Of a DNA stretch of 64,000 nucleotides, positions 37,503 through 48,962 are shown piece by piece. How positions within the stretch are numbered: position 1 is the first letter of the stretch; every line of letters begins with the position of its first letter. A model generated the notes under the pieces. The model saw only the letters and a program-made list of their open reading frames with translations. It was not told the DNA's origin and ran no database searches. The DNA is taken from positions 62,001-126,000 of the forward strand of contig BAAIJX010000026.1 in the NCBI GenBank assembly GCA_054600435.1, read 5' to 3'. A program made the translations under genes and the position numbers. The DNA is from Neophaeotheca triangularis (taxonomy: Eukaryota).

Positions 37503-39155
37503 ATGCAACGTCAAGGGCTTTGGAGACGCCTCGACTTTCAGCAAGACGGGTTGCCCACACTCTTGATCAGGGCTTCGTTCTCGAAGACGGAATATGAGGT
37601 CCACCTCTCCGACCTTAGTAGGGTCTGGGGTCATTCTCCATCACGCCGAGAGATCACTCGTCAAGCTTTGAATCGCGATTCTCCTATAGATCCGAGTGAA
37701 GACGCGGGCCAAATGGAGATGCTTTTAGGCAAGCTAGAAAGTGCCCTCAATCAAGCGGATGATACGAAGCTCAACATTGAGTCAAAGGCTGGCTCCGAAC
37801 AGGACCTCCTCATCCAAATCTCGGTCACTCTACCCTCGCCTCTGGCGACGCTCGAATGGACCATGGAATTACAGCAGCTTCCGCAACAGCACGTGAGCGC
37901 AGAGCTTGTCATCCCCTTGCTTATCGAGGCAGATCTTCTACGACGACAGATGAAGCAGCTCATCTCTGAAATCCAAGACAGGGATAGGGTGGTTTTCAAA
38001 CTCTCTGACAGGCTTGAGAACTCCGGCAACGACTTGACGGCCGTATTTCCGGGCGTGTCGAGCATCAAGAAATCACGTAAAATTACGCAGCGTGATCAGC
38101 TCGCCAGGCATGTCAAAGGACTCGGCGACTTCGACGAAACGGATTGGAGGGCTCGCAAAGCTGAAGAAAGCGCAGGCGACGCACTATCGCCCAAGGCTAT
38201 GGAGAATGTGCTTGCGCAGCTTAGTGTCCCTCGCCTGCCAGTGCATATCGAGGATACTTCTTCGGACTGGTGGCTGACTATGGATCATTCGATACCCACC
38301 AAACCTTCCTTGAGCAAGATTGACCAAATCATTGAGTTGGGACAAGGGGCATCCGCCGATCACGCGCCCGAAAACACCATCAGAAATGGCGATCAAGACA
38401 ACGGGTTTGAAAGACAGCCGACGCCCCCCAATCAACGTCAGGTACTGCTAGAGCGCGCGCCAGTCTTTTCAGCAAACAATGCGCTTGCTCAAACCAACAG
38501 CGCACCCATGGACGATGAAAGCACCGAAGGCGAGGACGATGATGATTTGGACGCCCCTCCGCGAAAGTCTGCTACTTCTTCGCAATCTCTACCGAAGAGA
38601 AGCCAGCCTTCAGCGAAGTCACCCAGCAAATCCCAGTCTTCTGAGCCTACAAACGCCACAACAGAGGAACCGGCTTCATCAGCGCCAAAACCGCGCAAGT
38701 TCGGAGTGCTTGGGGGCCGCAGTGCAACATCAAAATCGCCGCAGCCGTACGATCAGAACGCGCAAGCCAAAGCCACCAACAGCGGTCCTCCCAAGAAAGC
38801 AGCACCCAAGGCCAAACTCGGTACAATAGGTGGCAAAGCGAAGTCCACAACTCCAGCACCACCCGAACCAGCTACAAGCGAGCAGGTAACGCCATCAAAG
38901 CTTACAAAGCTAGGAACGATCGGTGGCAAGAAAGACAACTTCGCTGGCACACCGTCAAAAGCGTCTTCGGCTGCCCCTGAAACGGGAGACCAAGTCAATG
39001 AAGAGTCAGAAGATCGCACTCGGTCGAGTAAGCAGAGCACACCGCCTGCAGCCAGAGAGACGTCGCAGGAAAGAGCAGACAACAGGCGGGAGCAGCTGAA
39101 GCGAGAGCTGGAGGAGAAGGCCAAGGCGCCAGTCAAGAAGAAAAGGAGGTTTTGA
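37503..39155 (+). CDS. XLF/Cernunnos/Nej1-family NHEJ factor
   Basis: Head domain (SDLSRVW...SPIDPSED..QMEMLLGKL...LPSPLATLEW), coiled coil, disordered tail ending in basic Ku-binding-like KAPVKKKRRF. Confidence 0.8.
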   Translation: MQRQGLWRRLDFQQDGLPTLLIRASFSKTEYEVHLSDLSRVWGHSPSRREITRQALNRDSPIDPSEDAGQMEMLLGKLESALNQADDTKLNIESKAGSEQDLLIQISVTLPSPLATLEWTMELQQLPQQHVSAELVIPLLIEADLLRRQMKQLISEIQDRDRVVFKLSDRLENSGNDLTAVFPGVSSIKKSRKITQRDQLARHVKGLGDFDETDWRARKAEESAGDALSPKAMENVLAQLSVPRLPVHIEDTSSDWWLTMDHSIPTKPSLSKIDQIIELGQGASADHAPENTIRNGDQDNGFERQPTPPNQRQVLLERAPVFSANNALAQTNSAPMDDESTEGEDDDDLDAPPRKSATSSQSLPKRSQPSAKSPSKSQSSEPTNATTEEPASSAPKPRKFGVLGGRSATSKSPQPYDQNAQAKATNSGPPKKAAPKAKLGTIGGKAKSTTPAPPEPATSEQVTPSKLTKLGTIGGKKDNFAGTPSKASSAAPETGDQVNEESEDRTRSSKQSTPPAARETSQERADNRREQLKRELEEKAKAPVKKKRRF

Positions 39156-39659
39156 GAGGGGCATCAGACGCAATTGCTTTGAGATACCCATATCGCTTTA
39201 TTTACGGTCGCAGTGAGGAGTTGCGCTGGGACGGGTTGCTGTTAGACGGACGCATCCCCCGACAGCCTGTAGGGGCGGGAGGTGATATATTTACCACTAT
39301 GGATCAGCGTTAGGCGGTGTTTGGAGAGGATAAGCGGAAATTCTTCACATTGCTTCCCGGTGGTAATGCAACGAGATGCTACTTGCAGAGCAAATGTACA
39401 GATGAGGTGGGTATTCAAGCCAGGTGAGATTTCGCTCCTTCCTTCCTCACCCTCGCCGTCGTCATTGCGGGATCTTCCGCGTGTTTTCGAACTACCTGTC
39501 TCCCGCGTACCTGCAGTCACTGTCTCATTTTCCGCGTCCACCTTCCTCACCTCCCACTTGCGAAACAACACCAACACATCTGAGCATGTCTTGAAGACGG
39601 TCTGTCTATCGCTACTCGAATTGCTCAGTACCCCTGGTATCAATAGCAGCAACATCAAT

Positions 39660-42600
39660 ATGTGCTTCTATTCATACGATGTATACGGGCGGTGCGGCCA
39701 TTGCGAAATCGGCCTAGTTTCGTTTTGTGAGGACGCCGTGCCCATAGGCGACGACACCGCGACGCAGGAGCAGAAGGAGCCAGCGACCTCTCGCGGCGAC
39801 GACGACGACGACGACGACGACAACAACGACCCAGACCAGCCCGGGCCTCCTCGCCATGCATCCCAGGCTTCGCACTCTACACAACATCAACCATCAACCG
39901 GTCAGGATACCGCCAAGTCTTCACCGTCAGGATCATCCAATACATCATTTCATACCGCGACATCGACACCCCAGCATTCTACCGAGCACGAGCAGCCTTC
40001 TGGTCAGATGGATGCCGTTCGCCAATGGATGACTTCAGGATCGTCCACTGCTACCACTTCCCAAGGTACAGGAGAGTTCCACAAGGTCTGTAAACATTCA
40101 CAACCATTTTTGATCAGGCAGCCCGGCTAACACTTCACAGCAGTCCAAGGGTGAAGTCGCCGCCGCTGTCTCGGCTTCTCAACGTCAAGAACCCACTCGC
40201 AACCAAGAAGGGATTCGCGAACATAGCGAGGAAAGCTACAACTTACCTGACGGGTACGTGATGTGAACTCCTTTGTATGCTTCTCTCAACCTTACTAACA
40301 GTATCTGCAGAACCCAAGCTCTCGAGTATCTCGCCCGCAGTGCGCTCCTCGATCCCCAAAACGTTGGCCACGACAACGCTCGCTCCGCCTTCGTCGGCTC
40401 GACAGACATCAGCAACCTCGACGGCAATTTTGAACGTTCCTTGGACACTGGGAACACCGATGCCATGATCGCCATGATCAATAAGATGAAGGCGGAGAAC
40501 GCCGCGCTGCGGGCCCAAGCGGACCGCGGCAGGACCAAGCCCAAGACCGAACAAGAGTTGAAGATGGACGAGTACCTCAATACTCCCCTTGCTAAGATGT
40601 CCGACTTGTCGAAGGAGTCTGGTCAGACGGCTCAAGCCACTCTTGACAAGCAACAGGAGCTGTTCGAAGAGGCTTCCTCTCAAGCGCCTAAGAAGAAAAA
40701 GAAGAAGTCGAAGTCGAAATCGAAGCGTAAGAAGACTGCGGGTCAAGCTGTCGACGACCGCCATGATTCTATGGCTTCGGGAGCCGATGACGAGGACAGC
40801 GAAGTGTCGCAAGTGAATGCTGCCACCGATGAATCTGTGGTGGTGAGTGAGGACACCGCTCAAACCTCCCCCACACGCCGTTCGTTCGAGGGCGGCTCAC
40901 GTGAAGGCACTAACAGCCCGTCTCCCCCACAGACTCCTCTCCCCAAACGCACCGATGATCCCGAGATCACTCCTACGCAGGCCACCTTCAAAGGCAAGGG
41001 CAAGGGGAAGGCAGCCTCTGGAGACGCACTCCTCAAGCAGCCTTACAACGCACCCAAAGCCCTGCCCAGCTTCGCTCAACCAACTCAGGCGTATTCGATC
41101 AGAGCTGGCGAAACCGTTCGTCAGGAACATACGACGACTCCAGCTTCATCTCCGAAGACGACGCGCGGAAGCCCTCAGAAGCGCAAATCCATTCCAGGCA
41201 ATTGGCTGCAGGGTCCCTTCGTACAGCAGGAGAAGGAAGTCGAGCCTAAGTCTGCACCGGTGCAGAGCCTTGGAGCTATCGAGCACACTTCAGGCATACC
41301 AGCCGCTAAACTTGCCTCGACGCACTCACCAGGGGCAAAAGTAGAAGGCGCTGGAGGTCCTCACGCACACTTGGTGGCAGACAGGATTCAGGCTCAAGTG
41401 GATGCAGGAGAAGCTCCATCGGCCGGATCGCTTCGCAAAAAGCCCAGTGGTTACATGTCGCCCACTGCCGCCGCTACCCGACGCAACGTTGCCACCCTTG
41501 GCCAGGAAAGCGTCAAGCAGGTTTCACCAAGAGTCAAGATGGGCGCACTCAACATCGACACCTCGCAAGTCGGCAAGCAAGGGAGACCTAGCCCTCTATC
41601 TGCGGGCTCACCGTTGACAGCCTTTCCGAGCTATACTGAGCCGAAGCGTGCTGGCTCTATCTCACCCCACAAAAGTAAAACACATGGCTTAGATATGCGC
41701 TTCTCTGCGCCCTCTAGCCCAACCAAAATCCCACGCCCAGCTGACGGGCAAGGTGGACGTCTCAAAGCCCACAGGACAGCGACTTCTTCCCACAAGAGGA
41801 ATGAGTCAACGCTTGCCGCGCTACCGGAAATCGCAAATACGACCGCCAGACGCCGGACTTCACAAAGCCACCTTCTGACCCCTATCTTGAAGAAGCTAGA
41901 CAGCCTTAGTCTGCTAGTCGACAAGCATGGTCACCAGCAAAAGCCGACTGAAGCTACCTGTGCACCTACTCCCGCTGTTGAACAAGCCAGACTCAAGCCA
42001 CACGAACGAATTGCTGCCGCGGCGGCCGAGCAGGCAAGGCTCAACCCGCATGAGCGTAATCAGCTCGCCGTTTCTCCTTCTGGCTCAAATGATCCCAAAC
42101 TATCGTCTCGCTCGCTACATAGTAAGCATAAAGGCGGCAAGACAACGGCAGCCTCGCGCGAAATTCTCACCAGAACGCCTAAAGTTTTTAGTACTCGTAC
42201 GAATTTGCCGATTACTGACGAGACCCAAGAGACGAAAAGGAGCAACGACAAGAGAAAGACCGAGGAGTTAAGCCCGTCAAGGGCAGCCAGTGGTCCTTCA
42301 ACAGTCACAGACAAAAAGGAGAACTTGAGCCCTGGCGCGCTCGGGTCCAGACAGTCATCCGTGGCGATTCAATCCGCACTCCAAGGGCCATCGAGAGGCA
42401 TAAACAACGCACCCGTACCTCAGCCTCGTGCTTCAAGTGTCGATCGCCCTTCAGTTGCTTTGTACGACCCTGCAGTTATTGCCACCGGTCCTATCGTCCA
42501 CATGACTACACCGTCGTTCGCAACGACTGCTTCGAGCCGGTCGTCCCTCAGAGGCAACGCACCTGGTTTCACGCCTGCCAATTTCACGCCTGCACAGACC

Positions 42601-43836
42601 ACGCCTGCCCAGACCGTGAAGCCCTGGACTGAAGGGCAGATCCACGAGGAGATGGAGAAGCTCCACAACGAAGGTTGTTCCTTCCACAAGGGGGCGGATG
42701 ACCAAAGCAAGTCGAGAAAATGGCCAGCTAACGTGCGACAAGCAGTGAGGACCATCTCCACATACCGTAACAAGCAGCCTCAAGTGGAGAACCGCAACGC
42801 GGCGGGCGCGCTAGGCAATGTAGGTCACCTGATGAAGACAGACCTGTGGCCGAGGATCAAGGCGCTCGATATTCAAGTGAACCTGGCTAACGATCGCAAC
42901 AATCAGCGACAGGTCCCCGAGAACCACCACGCTGTCAACAAACCGCAAATGCCAGCGGTTCAGGCTTTGGCAGAGTCCTCAGGATTCTCCTCGGCCATGC
43001 CTGGAGTTGGCCACGTGAGTGTCGAAGACGGCTCCTCGCTCAGCGGCAATACTAACGAGACGCAGTACCCAGCGGGATCGAGTATTGACCTACAACAGGA
43101 GCACACGACCAGGGACGAGTACTCTCCACTCCCGACTGACGACTTCTTGACGGCATTCCACAAGGTCCGCGCCCGGCCCATCCCGGCAGAGTACAGCGGC
43201 CAGGACCCAAGTGCCCCTACGTATAATTCCACAATGCCTTTCTCCGACAACGCCGACCACCTTCCGAGCTCCTGGCGTATGCCCGAGGACAACTCCTCCG
43301 GCTCCGACAGTGCGAGTACTACTCCCACGAACTCAGTCAATCCTGCTGTCTCCCGTGAGAGCAGCCCCAACAAGGGCTGGACGGTGGACTCGGCCCATCC
43401 AACCCGCCAATACGGCTGGTCCGGTGGCGACGGCCGTGAGATCTCATTTTCCGGTTACGGTCCGCTCGCAGAGAGCAACCCCAATAGCCCCGTTAACTTC
43501 TCCACAGCTGAAGGCACCAAAGTCTTTCCCACCAACCACCTAACCCCAAAAGCACCCGCCACGGCTCCCACTGCTCCGAAGAAGATGGTCATGTCCGAGG
43601 AAGCCAAACGCAAGGACTTCAAGAGGCTACGCGATGCTGCTATCAGGAGTGGCTACCCAATGGTTCCGTGCGGCAACATGACGTTCGTGCGCGCACACGA
43701 GCATGTTGGCTATGGTTACCGCCCGGGCCTGGGATATTGCAACGAGTGCACGTCGAAAAGGCCGGAGTTGCTGGATATGCTGGATATGAGTGGCACAAGG
43801 CCGCCACCGGTGGAGATGGGGCGGTACATCTACTGA
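39660..43836 (+). CDS. Large disordered hypothetical protein with Cys motifs at both termini; introns 40086-40140 and 40254-40310
   Basis: ATG at 39660 (MCFYSYDVYGRCGHC). Two CTAAC-containing GT-AG introns join three segments in frame into the 1187-aa ORF. C-terminal PCG...YCNEC. Confidence 0.72.
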
Positions 43837-44541
43837 GAGTGAAGATGAATGACGAGGGGAGACTGAGAACACGTGAGCATACGGATATGAGAGATTCGCG
43901 AGACGAAGGGTGTGGAGTTGTCGACAGAATGCGAACAGAATGCGAACAGAATGCGGCGTTGGGTGCTTCTTTTTCCTTTCGTACGATGAAACGATGGACA
44001 CAGCGAGGCGTTGGGCAGATGGAATGAGCGGGCGAGCGAGTGATTCAAGCCCACTGAGAGATATCCACCTGATGCAGTCGTTCATGCGGTGCTTCTAGCA
44101 CTTCTTATTCCGTAGGTAGCACAGGTTTCGGACCAGAATGCTACAAATTCTTGACAAAATCCCTGTGAATGAGATCTCGAGCTCGATTCAAAGCGGGACA
44201 AGCCATCTAGTCTTAGCCCATAGGTTCAATCTGAGCCGTTCAGCCACGCTCGCTATAGTAGGAAATTCATTTAAGACTGATTTTGATCTTGTCCTTCTGT
44301 GAGTTGTCCGAATGTAATCCAGGCCAGAGGGCACCTGCAGCTTGCCAGCAGTGGCGGAAGCACGGATTAGATTACTCAGCGTTCCTTTCGCCAAAAGAAG
44401 TCCTGGGACACTTGCCCCAATGCTCGCTTGTCAAACAGACACACACCTGCAGGCAAGAAAGAACATTTCGATCGAGACAAACGGCACGAGATACAGCCCC
44501 TGACCGGCTACATAGCTAGGAACTTCAATTCTCCATTGAAC

Positions 44542-46501
44542 ATGGATGCAATAGTGGGGTACGTCCTCGAGAAGCTCCAAGACGACCTCACACGTTCCTT
44601 GGCCAAAACTGTCGCCATCACCTTGGCCATATTGATTCTTGGAACATGGCTGCTCTTTGTGCTCAACCGGGACGGCCCAGAGCCTGCAAAGACCTTTCGA
44701 TTACCACCGCCAGAACAGACGAAAGAAGGCTGGCAAGGCAGAGTGCTTAATGAGCCCTCGATCAAAGCACCTGGTTCTACTGCTATTCAGTGCTATTGTC
44801 CGGCTACGGGACAGTCCTTGGGCTTAGTGAACCCTTCTACACCAGATGGTATCGACCGAGTAATTGCAAAAGCCACACAGTGTCAATCGGGATGGGCAAA
44901 AACCCCCTTCTCAGAGCGCCGAACGGTCTTAAAAACCATTTTGAAGTGCGTTCGTCTCTTGACAACCCACCGAAAATTCAACGTCAGCCCCTACTGACTC
45001 CAACTTCGTCAGGTTCATTCTTGACAACCAGGACACGATCGTTCGAGTTGCTTGCTTGGACAGTGGCAAGACTCGAGTAGATGCCATCTTCGGCGAGATC
45101 CTTGTCACGGTTGAGAAGCTGAAATGGACCATCGACCACGGAGAACGTGCTCTCACGACCGAATTGCGGCCCACCAACTGGCTCATGTTCTATAAGCAGA
45201 ACGAAGTCCGCTACGAGCCTTTGGGTGTTGTTGCTGCTTGCGTCAGCTGGAAGTGAGTTTGTCACTGCCCTGGCACCAGTGCACATAGACTGACATGTTT
45301 TAGCTACCCATTTCACAACCTTCTCGGCCCAATCATCAGTGCTCTATTCACAGGCAATGCCATCATCGTTAAGAATAGCGAGCAAACCGCTTGGTCATCT
45401 ATATATTTTGCGGACATCGCACGATCTGCTCTGTCCACATGTGGCTACGATCCTGATCTGGTGCGAGCAATTTCCTGCTGGCCGCAAGCAGCGACTCATC
45501 TCACTTCTCACCCCGGTATTAGCCACTTGACGTTCATTGGATCAAGGCCCGTGGCCCTCAAAGTCGCCGAGAGCGCGTCGAAGACGCTGATTCCGTTATG
45601 CGTTGAGCTTGGCGGCAAGGATGCTGCGATCGTGCTCGACGACCCGGCCGGTACGCAAGAGGGCCTCAAGGAACTACAACGCGTCGCTAGCATCATCATG
45701 CGTGGAGTGTTTCAATCTGCAGGGCAAAACTGCATCGGTATCGAGCGTGTCGTTGCCATGCCCCAAGCCTACAACCGTCTCATGCCCATGCTCGAGAAGC
45801 GAATCAAGAACCTACGAGTCGGCTTTGATCTCGACAACAGCGAAGGTGGGGACGTGGACGTTGGTGCTATGATTTCAGACGCCTCTTTCAGACGACTTGA
45901 AGCGCTCGTTGCCGAAGCAGTGGCCCAAGGTGCGCGGCTTCTCGCAGGTGGTCATCGTCATAAACATCCACAACACCCTCAGGGCTCTTTCTTTGAGCCC
46001 ACACTTCTCGTCGACGTTACGCCTAGTATGCGCATCGCGCAAGAAGAGCTCTTCGCCCCGGTCTGCGTCGCCATGCAAGCGTCTTCCCTCGATGACGCAG
46101 TAAACATTGCAAACAGCACTTCCTACGGTCTCGGGGGCAGCGTCTTCGGTCCTTCCAACTCGGCGGACGCCGCAGACCAACTCGAATACGTGACGCAGAG
46201 TCTTAAAACTGGAATGGTGGCCGTTAACGATTTCGCTGCTTTCTACGCTGTTCAGCTACCTTTTGGAGGTACAGGTGGCAGTGGTTATGGACGCTTCGCT
46301 GCTGAAGAGGGACTCAGGGGGTTGTGCAACATCAAGAGCGTTTGCGTTGACCGGTGGCCGTGGCTTATCAAAACTTTTATACCGGGCAAGCTGGATTATC
46401 CAATGGGCAAAGGGGCTTATGGGATGGGTAGGGGCGTGGTGGAGTTGGGGTACGGGGAGGACTGGGATAGAAGGATCCAAGGGATCAGGAAGACGCTCTG
46501 A
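44542..46501 (+). CDS. Aldehyde dehydrogenase, Msc7-like with N-terminal TM anchor; introns 44946-45012 and 45253-45303
   Basis: IQCYCPATG, EPLGVVAACVSWN|YPFHN, FIGS, ELGGKD, AGQNCIG, QEELFAP, LPFGG..GSGYGRF. Confidence 0.9.
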
Positions 46502-47188
46502 TGGAAGGATACTTCAATGTGCCCTCGGCTATACGATAGTCTCCCACACTGATCCCTCGGGCCTAAGAAAACGCTTAGTTTTCTTCTAGCATCCAGAGTG
46601 GGCATCTGTCTCAGTCCGAAGCCACTACTGCGCCTGGTATAGACACTTGAACAAAACAGGTGGAGATATACCGAAGACGCTTCTACTCAAGCCGCTCCCT
46701 TATTCGCGTACACGCTCTCTTGGGCTAGCGGCCAGCGACTCGGGCTGCTCTATAAACCACATATATCGCATGCATAACGAAGTTCTGCCGCTGCCTTGTA
46801 GGAACCAGCGTACGCCTCTCCACTCACCCTAGACGCAAGACGACAGAAATCGGAAGCGCCGGAACGAGCATGAACACTGACTGGCAGGTACCAGCTGGTC
46901 ACCTCCGACTCGCTTCAATCATGGACCAACATACCCTGCATCAAGCTCCAAGCAAAGCTCTCACCAATCCCACCCAACTTCACGTCTCCACGAAGCGCGC
47001 TTGGCGCTCGAACCCGCCGCTCTCCTGCAGGCTTGCAGGCGTGATGTTTTGCTTTTGGGGAAGATCGCTACCGTGGAGAAACCACCCCACGTACTCTCGG
47101 CGCTACTTGTTGCAACCTCCAAGCATCCATAGGCGAGGGGCCATGGGCGTAGGTGGGAGGAGCGTGGACGAGGTAAGCTCGGAGCTGC

Positions 47189-47196
47189 TATAAGAA
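47189..47196 (+). promoter_or_regulatory. TATA box of the metallothionein gene
   Basis: TATAAGAA about 155 nt upstream of the ATG, followed by a CT-rich initiator region. Confidence 0.5.
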
Positions 47197-47346
47197 GACG
47201 GGGGGCCCTCAAGCTCCTCCTTCTTTCGCTTCTTTTCCATACACATCAAGCACCTCGTCTACGAACCAAGCGCTTCGATATCGATAAACTGCCTCTCAAC
47301 ACTTCCACCGACTTCTCACCAAACCTTCACCACCAAAATCATCAAC

Positions 47347-47478
47347 ATGGGCGGCTGCGGTGACTGCTCGAGTGCCAACTGCAACTGTTCAAAGGGCAGC
47401 TGCACTTGCGTAAGTCGTCTACCTTTTCCCATATGCCCTAATAAAAGAGCGAGACGCTGATTGTGGTCGTAGAAGTGA
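47347..47478 (+). CDS. Small fungal metallothionein, 22 aa, MGGCGDCSSANCNCSKGSCTCK; intron 47410-47472
   Basis: CAACATGG start context; six Cys in CxxC/CxC/CxC spacing; GTAAGT...GCTGAT...TAG intron followed by AAG TGA. Confidence 0.85.
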
Positions 47479-48108
47479 GCGAGCGATGTTCATGGAAGGC
47501 AATTGAGGGTAGCATGGGAGGTAGCAGGTGCTTGATTGAGGTGTTGCACACGCATGGACGGGACGGTCTTTGGCGGCATTGGCATTGATTGGAACGGAGG
47601 GGACACGACGGTCGTTTAATGTTGATGAACGACAGAACGAAAGCTGATGGGGAGGCCAAGTTGGATTGTTATTGTTACTGTGAATGTTCTGATTCGGTTA
47701 CAGTCGTCGTCGACGATCCATGTTGCCCATAATTTGTCCCACGTTAGCCCGTCATCATCTGAGGTGCCCCTCATTCGTGATATCCATGGTCATTACCTAG
47801 GCAGGTTGCAGGTGGTGACACCTCGTTGCCCCACCATCGCTTCCGGTGAAGTCCAGGCGTGCCCATGCGTCACTACCTAAGTTACAGTACCTACCTTACA
47901 TTAGGTACCCGACCTACCTACCCAACGGTGCTGACACCTACATAGCTTGCCAACCATCTACAGCCTCACCTTACCTTAGATACCTTGATATTATCTCAAG
48001 AATCAGTCTCACCCCAATCCATCCCCGGCAACCTAAACTCACCACCAAGTCGCAAACCCACCACCAAACCACCCCACCCACCCACCCAACCCATCAACAC
48101 CCGCAACC

Positions 48109-48423
48109 ATGCCCGCCCACCCCAAAGAAGAAAACACAGCCGGCAGTACGTCCGCCCGCGCACTCCCTTCTCCCCCCCAAAAAATAGCTAAAAAAGCCAC
48201 CGCAGACATCACGGACCAAATCGCCAAAGAGTCGGCCGACTCCAACGCCTCGTCGCACGCGCTGCACGACGAGGCCAACGACAAGGCCACCAGCGGCGGG
48301 CTGGCAAAGGCCGAGCACCACGCCGCGAACCCCGGGCCCGTCATGGCCGAGAGCGTGGGCCAGCAGCCTGTGGCGGGCAAGGAGGAGTTGAGGAAGCGGG
48401 CCGAGGAGTTGAATAAGAAGTAG
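48109..48423 (+). CDS. Small hydrophilic hypothetical protein (104 aa)
   Basis: CAACCATG context, C/A-rich 5'UTR, biased codons; C-terminal HHAANPGPV...KEELRKRAEELNKK. Confidence 0.75.
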   Translation: MPAHPKEENTAGSTSARALPSPPQKIAKKATADITDQIAKESADSNASSHALHDEANDKATSGGLAKAEHHAANPGPVMAESVGQQPVAGKEELRKRAEELNKK

Positions 48424-48962
48424 GGAGGGGAGGAGGTCTCTTGTAGGAGGTTCGGGGGAGCGGAGTGTGTCGGGGGGTTTGGGTTTGGGTTCTTGTTGTT
48501 GTTGTTGTTGTTATGGTATGAATGGCGTCGGTCTTGGTTGTGGTTTGTAGTTTACGGGGTTAAGAGTAGCAGAGAGTGGTGAAGATGGGAGTGAAGAGTG
48601 AGATTGTAAGGTTGAATAATGATATCGATTGCATTAGATAGTACCGTAATCCCTGTGTTTCTAACTGACTGAATACAGATCCCCTCTTTTGAGAGAAGGA
48701 TGAAAGCGAGCGACTTTGTGGGTATATCTGCCCGCCCAGTGGTGGAAAAAAAAAAAAAGAACAAAGCCATCCGTACATGCCCTCCCAATTGTTCCCAACT
48801 GGTTGAACCAAAAACACTTGACTGCCCACTCGTTCTATATAAGGTTGGTCATCATCAGTGTACTCTTTCGTGAGATGCAGATATTAAACGAGAGAAAACG
48901 CCGGAAAATAGCAATGCGTGAAAATGTGAAGTTTTCTGTCTTTCTCTTGTCGTTTCCGCTCT

